DNA of 64,000 bases. Source: a virus. A program made the position numbers and the translations under genes. Numbering within the stretch: position 1 is the stretch's first letter; each line of letters opens with the position of its first letter. The notes beneath the pieces were generated by a model. It had not been told where the DNA came from and made no database searches. It was given only the letters and a program-made list of their open reading frames with translations. The stretch is taken from positions 1 to 64,000 of the IMG/VR virus record IMGVR_UViG_3300009506_000009; one strand, written 5' to 3'. Positions 1-10,624 of this stretch are shown here, piece after piece.

Positions 1-2206
1 GAATATCATTGTACTTCAACCAGTCTTTGATTAGCTCACGAACATTATCAGAGATAGGACCAAGGCCGTCTGTAATCTTACGAAGCATATCGGTATCTAT
101 GATCCCAGTCTTATTGAACTGATCAATTAGTTTAGAGAGATCGAAGCGTGCACCAGCAACTTTTTCTAATGCGCTGGACAGCCCTTTGCCTTCTAATCCA
201 CGTGTGAGAACCTGCTGTATAATTCGCCCAACGTCATTTAATATACTGAAGTCTGCAAGTTTGAAGCCTTCAAGATAGGCTTCCATAACTTTAGAACCCC
301 ACTTGTCGATTGTACTAAGAGGTCCCTTCTTAGGAGGCGAGTGCCCCTGGAAGAAGCTTGCAATAAAGTTGGCTACCTTATTCAATGCTTGACTGATCCA
401 ACGAATTGCTCCACCAAGGAATCCATCGGCATATGTTCGTGCTAGTCTTTCACCCCAAGCTAATGCTCGTGTGCCTAAGTCAGTGAAGAACCCGGCAATA
501 TTTACTCCTGCGTTAGACAGGACTTTCATAATTCCGACGATGGCTGTGGCAACGATAGCAGGCCACCCTAGGAATACCTTACCAATACCGAGTAGGGAAG
601 TGAACAATGAAGCAAACATCCCTAATGCCTGTGGTACAAGCAGAAGTAGTCTACCAAATCCAAGTACCACCAATGAGACAGCATTAGCAAGCTGGCCTAC
701 CATAAATAGGACAGGTCCAAGAGCGACTAATGCAACAGCACCTAATACGAATAAACGTTTCTTACCACTATCAAGAGTCTTAAACCAGTCATTAAACAGG
801 CGGATGGCTGGTACAAGCATCATTATAATCTCATTTAATGGAGGAAGAAGAGCCTGACCTAGTGTTATACCAACATCATTAATGTTGTTTCTCAATAGCC
901 CCATCTGGCTCTTAGTGGAAGTCATAGCAAGCTCATACTCTTCCATCAAGGAAGAAGCTCGCTCCCATTCAGTTCGAGCAATAGATAAATTCCTACGAAC
1001 CATGTCAATATTCTCTGCAAGTGCCGCCATACCACGACCACCACGGGCACCACCAATTTCCATCATTTCTGCAAGAGCCAGAGCCTCGTTGCTTCCATTG
1101 TGAGCGGCATCAATAATATCAAGCATGACGCCCAAGGCATCCTCATTGATCTTATTTAATACTTCTTGAGCAGAACCATACCCTTCGATGGCAGACATGG
1201 ACTTAGCTACGGCATCCTTATGGGTGATCATACCCTCTGTAGCACGACGCAATGCAGTGCCTGCTTCACTTTCAGTCAAACCAAGAGCAATCAATGTAGT
1301 TGTAAGAGCGGCGGCATCCTGTGCGTTGATATCAAGAAGTGCGGCCTGCTGTGCCCAACTGGAGAGACCACGCATGATCTGCGCCGCAGTAGCACCTGTA
1401 CTGTTTTCAAGTTTGTTAAGAACATTTGCTAATCGTTCTACTTTTTCTGTGCTCTCATTTAAGTTCCATGACTTATCTGCACCAGAGAATGCATTTGCAA
1501 TCTTTCCAAGTGCAAGTGCCGCTTCATCAGCCGCAATGCCAGTAGAAACAGAAAACATGTTCATAATACGAACAGAATCTGAGATTGCTTCTACAGATGT
1601 AACACCCATTGTTCCTAATACCTCAGCGATACTTAATAGATCGTCATGAGATGTGGTTGTATTTATAGCTAGTTCACGAATCTTATCAGATAACTCCCCC
1701 ATCTGTTGAACAGTGAACCCAGTAACCTTACGAACACGAGTTAATGCATCCTCATATTCAATTGCTAGTGAAGCTTGATTCTTTAAGAATGCACCCAATG
1801 GAATGGATACAACAAAAGTAAGCACACGTCCAACCGTGGATATGGACTGTGACAACAGACGCATAGAGTCACCAACGTTTTGAATGGCTTTCTGCCATCC
1901 CATAAACGTTTGTTGCGCTGATCTTACCCTATCCTGTATGCCTTTGATCGCACTATCTATAGCCCCCCTTCCCTTTGCAAGTGCACTGCTGATCCCACCA
2001 ACAAATGAGGTTCCGGCTGTACCTACACCCCCAATACCACCTGCGATACCACCCGTGGTACCTGCTTGCTTCGCTGAAGCTGTGGCTACTTTGTTAAGTG
2101 CGGCAGTTAGGCTGTTGACCTTTGTAATTAAAGCACCAACAGCCTTCTGTGCACCGCTTGTGTCCCCACCTATTGTAAGGATAATATTATTTTTGTTTGC
2201 CGCCAT
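1..2206 (-). CDS. Tail tape measure protein (TP901-type), runs off the left window edge
   Basis: Manual translation from ATG at 2206: MAANKNNIILTIGGDTSGAQKAV...AIEYEDALTRVRKVTG...; Ala/Gly-rich, directly after the chaperones. Not in the ORF track because it is truncated. Confidence 0.9.
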   Translation of the reverse strand, partial: MAANKNNIILTIGGDTSGAQKAVGALITKVNSLTAALNKVATASAKQAGTTGGIAGGIGGVGTAGTSFVGGISSALAKGRGAIDSAIKGIQDRVRSAQQTFMGWQKAIQNVGDSMRLLSQSISTVGRVLTFVVSIPLGAFLKNQASLAIEYEDALTRVRKVTGFTVQQMGELSDKIRELAINTTTSHDDLLSIAEVLGTMGVTSVEAISDSVRIMNMFSVSTGIAADEAALALGKIANAFSGADKSWNLNESTEKVERLANVLNKLENSTGATAAQIMRGLSSWAQQAALLDINAQDAAALTTTLIALGLTESEAGTALRRATEGMITHKDAVAKSMSAIEGYGSAQEVLNKINEDALGVMLDIIDAAHNGSNEALALAEMMEIGGARGGRGMAALAENIDMVRRNLSIARTEWERASSLMEEYELAMTSTKSQMGLLRNNINDVGITLGQALLPPLNEIIMMLVPAIRLFNDWFKTLDSGKKRLFVLGAVALVALGPVLFMVGQLANAVSLVVLGFGRLLLLVPQALGMFASLFTSLLGIGKVFLGWPAIVATAIVGIMKVLSNAGVNIAGFFTDLGTRALAWGERLARTYADGFLGGAIRWISQALNKVANFIASFFQGHSPPKKGPLSTIDKWGSKVMEAYLEGFKLADFSILNDVGRIIQQVLTRGLEGKGLSSALEKVAGARFDLSKLIDQFNKTGIIDTDMLRKITDGLGPISDNVRELIKDWLKYNDI

Positions 2207-2209
2207 AGG

Positions 2210-2647
2210 TCACTCTCGAATAGTTTTGACACCCGTGAATAATGGGTTCTGTTTGATACCCTTTTCACTTTCACCTTTGCCCAAGATGACCCGTACTTCG
2301 CCTGATGGTATCTTATCACGCAAGTGAGACAGTCTTCCTCCTCCCCTGGAGGCCCTACTCCAAGGTACTCGGTTGCCTAACGCTCGTGTGACTTTCTTTG
2401 TATAGTCTTGTAGACTCTTTGCTCCCTTCTTATCCATCGGGGTACGTGCTATTGGTAGCAACATAACCATGTCGTTTAGGAATTGTACCTTGTCTTCTTG
2501 TACTAGTTTCCAGGTTTCAAGAAGCCAATCAAATCCATATAAACGAACGTGATCAAGGATCACATCATCAGGCCAACCATAGGCTACTCTGATGTCGTGG
2601 AGGATTCGGGCTGTCCGTCCTGTTCCGAATCTGAAGTAGAGAAAAAA
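2210..2647 (-). CDS. Tail assembly chaperone T (C-terminal part of GT, reached by -1 frameshift)
   Basis: The -1 frame from slippery T-TTT-TTC (2641-2647) is open into ORF 2210..2563. Confidence 0.8.
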   Translation of the reverse strand, partial: FFLYFRFGTGRTARILHDIRVAYGWPDDVILDHVRLYGFDWLLETWKLVQEDKVQFLNDMVMLLPIARTPMDKKGAKSLQDYTKKVTRALGNRVPWSRASRGGGRLSHLRDKIPSGEVRVILGKGESEKGIKQNPLFTGVKTIRE

Positions 2648-3027
2648 CGGTCTATCAAGCTCCTGACTGTTGGATGTTTCTCGTATACTACAATCCCGGC
2701 TTCAATAAGGACTGCGGCATCAAAATATAATTCAGCCTCTTCTGCCGTACACCCAGTAATTGCATGAAATAAGTCAATCATAGCATCCGCAGTGAGAAGG
2801 GTAAGGATATTAGCAAGAAACTCAACTCCGGCCTCGGCGTCTGAGTTACCTTGTTTCTGAAGTTCTGAATATATAGAACCACCATATTTAGCGGCCCATC
2901 TTGTCAGACCCTGCATCTGGATAGCCTGACGCCTACCTCGTGTGATTAACGGGTATTCATTCCCATCAATGAAGATACTTTCATTTTCAACATATACTAC
3001 TTGTTCTGTGCTCATTCTACTCTCCAA
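2584..3027 (-). CDS. Tail assembly chaperone G
   Basis: Lies between tail tube and tape measure; slippery heptamer near its 3' end. Confidence 0.8.
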   Translation of the reverse strand: MESRMSTEQVVYVENESIFIDGNEYPLITRGRRQAIQMQGLTRWAAKYGGSIYSELQKQGNSDAEAGVEFLANILTLLTADAMIDLFHAITGCTAEEAELYFDAAVLIEAGIVVYEKHPTVRSLIDRFFSTSDSEQDGQPESSTTSE

Positions 3028-3085
3028 TGTAAAAAGCCGTCTTGTTCAGACGGCTCATGTGTTTTTAATTGTTCTCTACTCAGGA

Positions 3086-3514
3086 TTATGCTGGTGTCGC
3101 AGTAACTCGTGATAGAGCACCTTGACCTTCGGCATCAACATCTAGGGTAGCGTAGTCATCGGTTCCAACGCTGTGGTCAACGCTGGTCAGCACTGCTAAG
3201 CCTTCCCAACAATCACCATCGTCGTTCTGCGATACCCAAAAGCGAAGTTTACAAGTTGTACCTGCAACCACCTGATCAAAGATGGTATCGTCGCCAATGC
3301 TGAAGTAACCAGAGATACTTGCACTCCAAGACATCCAGGTTCGGGCCTTAGTGATCCACGCATCCGATAAGCTGGCAACAAACGGTTTGTACTCCGCTGT
3401 ATCAACGGTGATTGAAATGCTGAACTCATTTCGCTCAGGCAAATCAACGAATGCGGTGTAAGGTGATGTATCAGAAATCTGAATAAGAGCGTCAATTCCT
3501 ACAATAGCCGCCAT
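3086..3514 (-). CDS. Major tail (tube) protein
   Basis: 142 aa; W-x-A-S-I-S-G and 'WEGLAVLTS...DDYATLDVDAEGQGAL' tube-like pattern; strong RBS; followed by a terminator. Confidence 0.8.
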   Translation of the reverse strand: MAAIVGIDALIQISDTSPYTAFVDLPERNEFSISITVDTAEYKPFVASLSDAWITKARTWMSWSASISGYFSIGDDTIFDQVVAGTTCKLRFWVSQNDDGDCWEGLAVLTSVDHSVGTDDYATLDVDAEGQGALSRVTATPA

Positions 3515-3663
3515 AGTTTATTCTCCTTGGTGTTAAATATTCATATACCAATCTCCTTTGCTCGTGAGTGTTCTCAATAGATTGTGTAGTGTGTGTGTTC
3601 TCAAAGTCAGAGTGCCATCTCATCTATCACTCTGCCACGTTGCTTTCTACAATCGAAGTATAG

Positions 3664-4095
3664 TTACTTCGTATACTTCTTGTATCCCTCTACATGTGCT
3701 CTAGCTGGATTCACATCAACAGGTAATACAGGGAAGTCAGCCGGGATAAACAAACAGCTTCCAGGCTTAAGGCTCTTCCAGAATATACGTACAAGGGCAG
3801 TTGCCTCTCTTGCTTTGTAACTAGACTCCATAGCCAGCACCACATCTCCTAATGATCCTGCCTTTGGTTGGGCATAGGTGTTATGTAAAACCAACTGGGC
3901 AAAGTCGTCATTGACGTATGTTCCCTTTGGTGGTAACTTTGTTGGATCAGGCTCTGGCTCCGGCATATCTTGTGGGGCCATGCGAAGCTTCCCTGTGGAT
4001 TCTGGCTTCACACTAGGCACTTCCATCACGTACTTTTCCTTGGCAACCAAGTGATCAACACCCTTCTCTTCTTCCTTCTTTTCTTTATCAGACAT
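3664..4095 (-). CDS. Hypothetical protein in the neck/tail module
   Basis: ORF with RBS inside the operon. Confidence 0.6.
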   Translation of the reverse strand: MSDKEKKEEEKGVDHLVAKEKYVMEVPSVKPESTGKLRMAPQDMPEPEPDPTKLPPKGTYVNDDFAQLVLHNTYAQPKAGSLGDVVLAMESSYKAREATALVRIFWKSLKPGSCLFIPADFPVLPVDVNPARAHVEGYKKYTK

Positions 4096-4105
4096 GACTC
4101 ATCTC

Positions 4106-4573
4106 CTATAGAGCAATACTACGATCCAACGCCTCAACATAGAAGGGGATCAAGTAAAAGCTAATATCATTTAACTGACCAATTGCCGCATCCCCAATGT
4201 CCGTAACATAGGCTTTGGGAGTGACACTGCTAAGCCGTGGGTCTTCCTGTAAGGAAGTGGGCAACCTTGAAACAACTTCACGAAGGTCTGCTTCAATTCC
4301 ATCATGATAGCGGATCATATAGACACAAGAGATTACCCAGGCCCATTTAATATTACCAAATGTTCTACGAGGTTGGCTAGTTCCTCCGCCAAACTCTAAC
4401 ACAATACCGTCTGTGACACCCTCATCAACGCTACCTGCCATTATTCTGTCGAAAACGGTATCAACATCGCCTATCTGACACCGCTCTTCAGAGAGACGGT
4501 CCTGGAAGGCCACAACGAATGCTTGTCTTACGGCTTCCTCGATGGTGCTATAACTTAAACCGGATACTGCCAT
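4106..4573 (-). CDS. Putative tail terminator/completion protein
   Basis: Size and position upstream of the tail tube. Confidence 0.5.
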   Translation of the reverse strand: MAVSGLSYSTIEEAVRQAFVVAFQDRLSEERCQIGDVDTVFDRIMAGSVDEGVTDGIVLEFGGGTSQPRRTFGNIKWAWVISCVYMIRYHDGIEADLREVVSRLPTSLQEDPRLSSVTPKAYVTDIGDAAIGQLNDISFYLIPFYVEALDRSIAL

Positions 4574-5274
4574 CAGCTTCTCCTCTTCAAAAACTCTTTG
4601 ATCATCAGCTTTCCCCAGTCCTCTAGCTCTTTCGCAATAAACTGGGAATCATTCTCTAAAACATAAAGTGGGTAGTCAAACTTTCCTTGACCAGCCGGGA
4701 CCAATGGGTACCAGTCCGCAGTAGGTCTCTCAGTACCATGCTTGAATAGGGCAAACCGTAGGGCATATATAGCATTACGGGTTACACTAGTGTCTGGCTT
4801 CCTCTTACTCCTGGTAGGTTTAGTTCCAACAGCTTTAAACCAGCGGGAGTCATATTTAAACCCGGAGACTTGCTTTACATCCTTGAGTTGTGTAGTCTCT
4901 CCAGGCATAGACTTATAGTACAGCGTAATCCCCTTGTCCATGGCCCACTTACGCAGGACATTGTAGGATACTTTTCGTCCAGGCTTGATGCCGGATCGGA
5001 TGGTGCGATTCGCACCACGCCTACCTTCAAATAGGACCCATTGAGGATTGTCACCTTCTTGCCACTCGTGTAAAATATTCTGTGCTGACCTGCCACTAGC
5101 ACCAACGTCAACAGTATGCCCCTTCTTGAGCACGTTTTTGAATCTCTGTTCGATTCGAATAACGTGATGGAACCCTTTACGTAGGGCCTGAGTAGAGGCA
5201 AGCTGTACTTGTTTTAACTCTTCAATGGTTTCAGGACCATTGATTAGCTGAACGTTTAACGTAACAATAGGCAT
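4573..5274 (-). CDS. Putative neck/tail-completion protein (HK97 gp10-like, basic)
   Basis: Basic composition, 'SGRSAQNI' motif and synteny. Confidence 0.45.
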   Translation of the reverse strand: MPIVTLNVQLINGPETIEELKQVQLASTQALRKGFHHVIRIEQRFKNVLKKGHTVDVGASGRSAQNILHEWQEGDNPQWVLFEGRRGANRTIRSGIKPGRKVSYNVLRKWAMDKGITLYYKSMPGETTQLKDVKQVSGFKYDSRWFKAVGTKPTRSKRKPDTSVTRNAIYALRFALFKHGTERPTADWYPLVPAGQGKFDYPLYVLENDSQFIAKELEDWGKLMIKEFLKRRS

Positions 5275-5846
5275 TAGGCAATCTTCAAAGTCTTCTTTTT
5301 GATCATTGATTTCATGATACCATCGAGGTGGGAAGCAAGACCTAAATTCTTATCGGGACTTGGTTCTCCGCCCTTATCTTTGCTATCTGTCATCGTTGAC
5401 CACTTCAAGCTGGAGTCTGATCCCTGGCGACCATAGAAGTTATTGATAGCAACAATCATAGTAGCCGCCGCCAATCGAATATCAGCCGTAACATCACCTG
5501 ACCCTGCGGTATAAGTAATGTCTACATTACGTACACCACGGGTAAAGGACAAATTGTTCTTTAGCTGTACATAATACTCGCCAACATAAATATTGTCAGC
5601 ATCTACAGCTACATCAGACACTAGAATCTGACTGACAGCCACAATAGGAGTATGCTTTAGCCGCATCCATGTGGAGCCATCACCTGATTTAGTTTCTGTA
5701 AAGGAAGTGGTGGTCAGCCCAAGCTGAGGACGACCAATAAATTCTCGGATCATACCTTCTACCATCTCACTCCAGGTCTCTGGAATAGTTGAAGGTATCG
5801 TTTGGATGTCTCGGACATCCTGCTCAGTGCATAAAGTCCACGCCAT
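5274..5846 (-). CDS. Head-tail connector/adaptor
   Basis: 'ITYTAG...DIRLAA' gp6-like motif; directly after the capsid gene. Confidence 0.75.
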   Translation of the reverse strand: MAWTLCTEQDVRDIQTIPSTIPETWSEMVEGMIREFIGRPQLGLTTTSFTETKSGDGSTWMRLKHTPIVAVSQILVSDVAVDADNIYVGEYYVQLKNNLSFTRGVRNVDITYTAGSGDVTADIRLAAATMIVAINNFYGRQGSDSSLKWSTMTDSKDKGGEPSPDKNLGLASHLDGIMKSMIKKKTLKIA

Positions 5847-5940
5847 ATTCTTCTCCTAAAAGTAGTTCATCATCTACAATTGAAAAAAAGAGCACCCCGG
5901 TTAGGGGGTGCTCCGTAAGGGTTAATATGATGACTGTGGA

Positions 5941-7245
5941 TTAGACAGTCTTGACGTTGCGGGTTACACTGATCAAGTTAGGATGTACCACACGAGGTGC
6001 CACATAGGTCTTGATGAAGTAACCGTAAGCATCCTTGGTGCGTGCTAGTTCAACGAAGTTGAACATGTTGCCAACGGACTCACCCATGTCATCGTAGAGA
6101 GATCGGATACCAAGACAACGATCAGGATTGATGTTGACAAGGACAATAATCTGCTCACCAGATGCAAGAGGAGTAATGTTGGCTTCACCAGCGGTTGCGC
6201 CCAAGTCTTCGTAGGTTGCAACGGTACCAGTGACATCACCATTGGAGTCGTAGGTCTTTGCGGCAATAATGTCAACCAACTTGAAGTCACCTGCGCCTGC
6301 GTCCTGACGGAAGATCATGTAAGCAAGAGCAGTAGCATCAGCAGTCCAGGCCAAAGTAACCTTCTGGTTAAGGGTAACAGCGGTCGCACCAACAGCGGTT
6401 CCGGCAACCTGCTCACCATCAGCGGTGACGGAGGCAATCTGCCAGTCGTAGTTTGCGGCGGCGAAGCTACCACCAGATGCAGGGGTTGCACTGGTTACAG
6501 CAGGGCTGGTGCTAGTGGACTGAGGAGCAACATAGTGAGACTCAAAGATCGGAGTATCACCGTATGCTCGCATGGTCAAACGACCTTCAAGCAGTTCAGC
6601 GTTCTGTAGAGGAAGCTGTACCTTGGTTTGTAGACCGTCAACAACCTGCTTCATTTTCATGCCCATCAAGAAAATACGAGGGTCATTACGTACACCACGA
6701 TAGTGGTTAACGTCATAAAGCATGTCGTCAAGTGCGGTTAGTGTGACCTTTGCACCTGCGAAGTCATGAACATTGGAAGGGGCCTCAGAATAAACAATAG
6801 GAAGAAGACCGGACGCCTGATAAGCATCACCAGTCCAATCGTAGTCATCTGCGGTACCGTAAAGAAGCATCCATTCCATAGCATCTGCCATACCTTCGAG
6901 GCTGTTCATAATCTCCTTTTCAAGAGCATTGATGAACTTAGCGGTAACACGCTGAGCGAACCCAGTTACCTCACCCCAAATACGGATGATCTTCATCTGA
7001 ACAGTCTTACGGGTGTATGCGCCCTTCTGGTTGGTACCAGTGGCGGACTCACCTTCGAACCAACCACTTGGGTGACTGGTCTGGACGTTGTACTCGTGGG
7101 TCTTACCTTCGGCTGGATCGATTGCGATAAGCTCGAACAATGGAGCAAGGTTCAAAAGCTCATCCTTCAATACAGGATCAAGATTCTCAGGAATAAGAGC
7201 AACGGCATCAACGCTGGTAAGGGCTTTGTTAATTTCAGTAGCCAT
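5941..7245 (-). CDS. Major capsid protein (HK97 fold) with an inserted beta-rich domain
   Basis: 434 aa after protease/scaffold; followed by a strong terminator. Confidence 0.85.
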   Translation of the reverse strand: MATEINKALTSVDAVALIPENLDPVLKDELLNLAPLFELIAIDPAEGKTHEYNVQTSHPSGWFEGESATGTNQKGAYTRKTVQMKIIRIWGEVTGFAQRVTAKFINALEKEIMNSLEGMADAMEWMLLYGTADDYDWTGDAYQASGLLPIVYSEAPSNVHDFAGAKVTLTALDDMLYDVNHYRGVRNDPRIFLMGMKMKQVVDGLQTKVQLPLQNAELLEGRLTMRAYGDTPIFESHYVAPQSTSTSPAVTSATPASGGSFAAANYDWQIASVTADGEQVAGTAVGATAVTLNQKVTLAWTADATALAYMIFRQDAGAGDFKLVDIIAAKTYDSNGDVTGTVATYEDLGATAGEANITPLASGEQIIVLVNINPDRCLGIRSLYDDMGESVGNMFNFVELARTKDAYGYFIKTYVAPRVVHPNLISVTRNVKTV

Positions 7246-7264
7246 TTTTATCTCCTAAATAATA

Positions 7265-8338
7265 TTAGTTGTTGAAGTGAAAACGTGCGGATAACGCCTT
7301 GTGTAAGCGGGTTGTTGCATCGTCATCTTCAACATCATTTTCAATAACAGTAGACTCATCAGTTTCAGGTACGACTGCTTTGTGGGCATCGGTCGGAACT
7401 TCGGCATCTTCACTGTCACCGTCTACTTCATCAGTATCCTGATCCTTTTCGACGGTCTCTTCAATGACTTCGGCTTCCTTTTCAACCAGTGACTTCACTA
7501 GGTCAGTAAGAACTGCCAACTGTGATTCGATATTTTCGAGACGGTCCGTTTCCTCTTCGGGAGTTTCGTCAACTTCCTCGGTGGTCTCATCGGTCTCTTC
7601 TTCTTCAATCGCTTCCTCGGTCTCTTCTACAACTTCTGTTGCATCTTCAACTTCGGTTTCGATTTCCTTGGTGGTCTCAACATCTTCCTCTTCAACAGGT
7701 ACATCTTCTGTTTCAATGGCTTCCGCTTCGATTTCATCCAGGACATCCTTTTCAAGGTCTGTTTTTTCTGACATCGGATTTTTCTCCTCTAGGATTGCAA
7801 GCATTTCCTTCGACAGTGTGTCCATACCGTATCGTTTGATCAATAGGTTAACATCAGTGTGTGCGGCTTTGTCACTGCTAAGGACTGCATCGTAATTGCC
7901 TGGGTGATCGACAAGTGAGATTTCACCCAGTAGGTAATCACTAATAAGCATGCCACCATCTTCAAGCCATGTGATGTCTTCAAAGTTGATCATCGCTCCA
8001 ATAGATAAAGCCTGGAGTAAACCAGTCTCAACTTCATCAGCGGCCTGCTTATTAATAACTTCGATCTTAACTTCGTTCCACTCCAGACCATCTTCAACAC
8101 CAATACCTAGAACCTTTCCAACTGGGTCGGGCTGGTGCATGCGGCGAATGTTGCCCCATTGTCGGTATCGAGAGATTGCTTTCTCTGTAGCGGATCGGGT
8201 AATAATATCACCGTGCATGTCCTTATTGTCGCTTGTGAAGAAACCCTTTGTGACTAACGTACCAGCTTTGGTACGGGTCATGGCTTCTTTACTCAGACGG
8301 ACCCCCACGGTTTTCTGAATAACGGTTGTGTTAGGCAT
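7265..8338 (-). CDS. Prohead protease fused to an acidic scaffold region
   Basis: Catalytic motifs MH, LSIG and EISLVDHPGN; Glu-rich C-terminal half. Confidence 0.85.
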   Translation of the reverse strand: MPNTTVIQKTVGVRLSKEAMTRTKAGTLVTKGFFTSDNKDMHGDIITRSATEKAISRYRQWGNIRRMHQPDPVGKVLGIGVEDGLEWNEVKIEVINKQAADEVETGLLQALSIGAMINFEDITWLEDGGMLISDYLLGEISLVDHPGNYDAVLSSDKAAHTDVNLLIKRYGMDTLSKEMLAILEEKNPMSEKTDLEKDVLDEIEAEAIETEDVPVEEEDVETTKEIETEVEDATEVVEETEEAIEEEETDETTEEVDETPEEETDRLENIESQLAVLTDLVKSLVEKEAEVIEETVEKDQDTDEVDGDSEDAEVPTDAHKAVVPETDESTVIENDVEDDDATTRLHKALSARFHFNN

Positions 8339-8612
8339 TTGAATTTACCTCTGCGGCATGGTGAATACGTTCACCACGTACTTTACCGAATGTACGGTTT
8401 AGTTTGGACTGGGGTACTTGTAACACAGCTTCACAGGAGATACCTTTTACTCCGCCAGGAAACTCAATAGGTGCAGGCCAATCGCTCTTCCAGCGACTGT
8501 ATAGGACTTCAATATCTTCATCAGAAAGGAAGCCATCAATGATAATTTCGCTGACAACGTTAGGCGCACCTTCAGTAGTAATCGTGTAATTAGTGCTCAT
8601 TTGTTTCTCCAA
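8331..8612 (-). CDS. Hypothetical protein
   Basis: Overlapping ORF in the head operon. Confidence 0.6.
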   Translation of the reverse strand: MEKQMSTNYTITTEGAPNVVSEIIIDGFLSDEDIEVLYSRWKSDWPAPIEFPGGVKGISCEAVLQVPQSKLNRTFGKVRGERIHHAAEVNSNA

Positions 8613-8898
8613 TCGATTTTTCGAAGTCTTGTCTCAATTGATACAATTCGTGGCTCACAGCTTTAACTGCGGCACGTGCCGTTTCAGACGCAATTACATC
8701 AATGAGTTGCTTTAATACTCGCAACATTGGATCAGCGGGATACCACACCTTTCGTGCTCCACACTTTGGGCAGGTTATGACAAGGTTTGCTCCTTGTGTG
8801 CGTACTTGGGCATTATCAATCGGGAATAACTCGGACCCAACAAGATCGCCCAACGAGGTACCACATGATATACACACCCACGTGTTATTTTTACTCAT
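8590..8898 (-). CDS. Zinc-ribbon protein
   Basis: CxxC...CPKC. Confidence 0.65.
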   Translation of the reverse strand: MSKNNTWVCISCGTSLGDLVGSELFPIDNAQVRTQGANLVITCPKCGARKVWYPADPMLRVLKQLIDVIASETARAAVKAVSHELYQLRQDFEKSIGETNEH

Positions 8899-10522
8899 TC
8901 GATTCTTCTCCTATAACTTCCAGAACAGCCTGGAAGATCGCAGTAACGTCCTCTTCTGTCTTGGCCTCATCCAAGAATGTTTGGATTAAGTTAGCAGATT
9001 CTGGACTAATATGTTCAGCATTGAATTTGCGTGCATTCGCAGAGCCTAGTCGGTTCTTTGCAAAGCGACGCCATGCCCTTACTTCTTTAAGTGTTTCTTC
9101 CCGAACACGGGTGTCATGGTCATCTCCACGTTCTGGATCACTATCGAAGTCATCCTCTGGTGGAGCATCATCATCCGGTTCTTCATCACGACCTTCAGGT
9201 GGGCTACCCTGTGGTTCGTCTGGTTCCATGTCTGTGTCTTCCTGGGCAGAGGACTTAGCCTTTAACTGATCCAGGAACAGATCACCATCTTCATCCTTGC
9301 GTGCAGTCATATCTCGACCAGCACGGATTTCATTAGGTGTCACAGAGTTATTCTGGTAGTAGCGCATGTCTACAGTAGCACGTTCAAGAGCAGTCAAGAA
9401 GTCTGGTGAATTAAAACGGAACCACCAATCTCGGAACTGAAACTCACGAACAATAATCTGCCAGTAGAAAGCCTCTTCAACAACACGGAAGAGTGGCTCC
9501 ATGACAGTCTCGTGAAACTCTCGGCGAGCTTCTTTCATACCAGAGGCAGAGAGACCATCATATAATCCTACCTTGGCACCAGAAACACCAGTGACTGCAA
9601 ACTCTTCATCACGAGCAGACCCACGGCTTTCATTATATGGAAGTGCATCAGGAAGATTGCCAAGCTTATGGACCTTAAAGTTGCCTTGGACAACAATAGG
9701 TGTGCGGCCTGCATTATCAGGACCACGCCAACGGGCTGTGACCTCTTCAACAAAATCCTGGAAGCTTTCTTCAGAAATAGTATCCGGGAGTTCGTAGATC
9801 AACTCCGGTCTGGTATTGTTCTGAAGATAGGATCGTGCTAGTGTCTGTAAGTATATGTCAATTGGGAATGTGAAGTCGGAAAGAGCAACTAAATCGGACG
9901 CTCCCATTGGTGAGCCTCCGAAGTCAGGGTTAATTATATACACAATATCCCGTGGGTTTGAGTACTCCACTGGATCACCTGTTCCAGAAACAGGATATGC
10001 AATAAACGCTGGTGTTTTAAAGTTACCAAACCGATCAACTTGTGGTACCATAAATGCAGGAATGTGATCCATACTAATTGGAGTCCCACCCTCATCACGC
10101 ACTATATGGTAAGCTACCTGCCCAAATAATTTCAGGTACATTGTGCCTATAATAATCTTATAGGCCATTGAATAAAAGTCATTAATATTAGTCCAGGTTC
10201 CAGATGGTTCCGCAAAGAAACGGTACAGCTTTTTACGATGTAATTCTCGTGGACTGTTTGTCTCTTTATCGGGTACCAAAGACCACCATGCACCAACAGC
10301 GGAGCGACCAATCACAGCGATTGCCGCTCGAAGATAACCATGTTTGTCAATCAGACTATACAAGTCTTGAAGGTCAAGTATCCTTGTCTTTGTGTTGCCA
10401 AACGATGTCTTCTCGGACTGTAACAACGGTGTCTTATGAGTCACCGCTTTATCGGTTGCTACGAAGCCAACTCTCCCAGTACTGTTAGTTGACTTAGCAG
10501 TAGAGATAATTTGTATACTCAT
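8891..10522 (-). CDS. Portal protein
   Basis: 543 aa; 'WRGPDNAGRTPIV' and 'TPNEIRA' HK97-portal motifs. Confidence 0.9.
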   Translation of the reverse strand: MSIQIISTAKSTNSTGRVGFVATDKAVTHKTPLLQSEKTSFGNTKTRILDLQDLYSLIDKHGYLRAAIAVIGRSAVGAWWSLVPDKETNSPRELHRKKLYRFFAEPSGTWTNINDFYSMAYKIIIGTMYLKLFGQVAYHIVRDEGGTPISMDHIPAFMVPQVDRFGNFKTPAFIAYPVSGTGDPVEYSNPRDIVYIINPDFGGSPMGASDLVALSDFTFPIDIYLQTLARSYLQNNTRPELIYELPDTISEESFQDFVEEVTARWRGPDNAGRTPIVVQGNFKVHKLGNLPDALPYNESRGSARDEEFAVTGVSGAKVGLYDGLSASGMKEARREFHETVMEPLFRVVEEAFYWQIIVREFQFRDWWFRFNSPDFLTALERATVDMRYYQNNSVTPNEIRAGRDMTARKDEDGDLFLDQLKAKSSAQEDTDMEPDEPQGSPPEGRDEEPDDDAPPEDDFDSDPERGDDHDTRVREETLKEVRAWRRFAKNRLGSANARKFNAEHISPESANLIQTFLDEAKTEEDVTAIFQAVLEVIGEESNE

Positions 10523-10624
10523 TTTTCTCCTATTTACACACTACACCATCTACAATCTTATTTGCAAGCTGACGACAAAAAGCCCCCTATATAAGGGGGC
10601 ATGCGGCCTTACAGATAGGATCAC

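Noticed and set aside
471-2327. Plus-strand ORFs over the structural module and ORFs over tRNA clusters (e.g. 32127-33437)
   Set aside because: Antisense shadows of real genes or RNA genes; no RBS and implausible composition.
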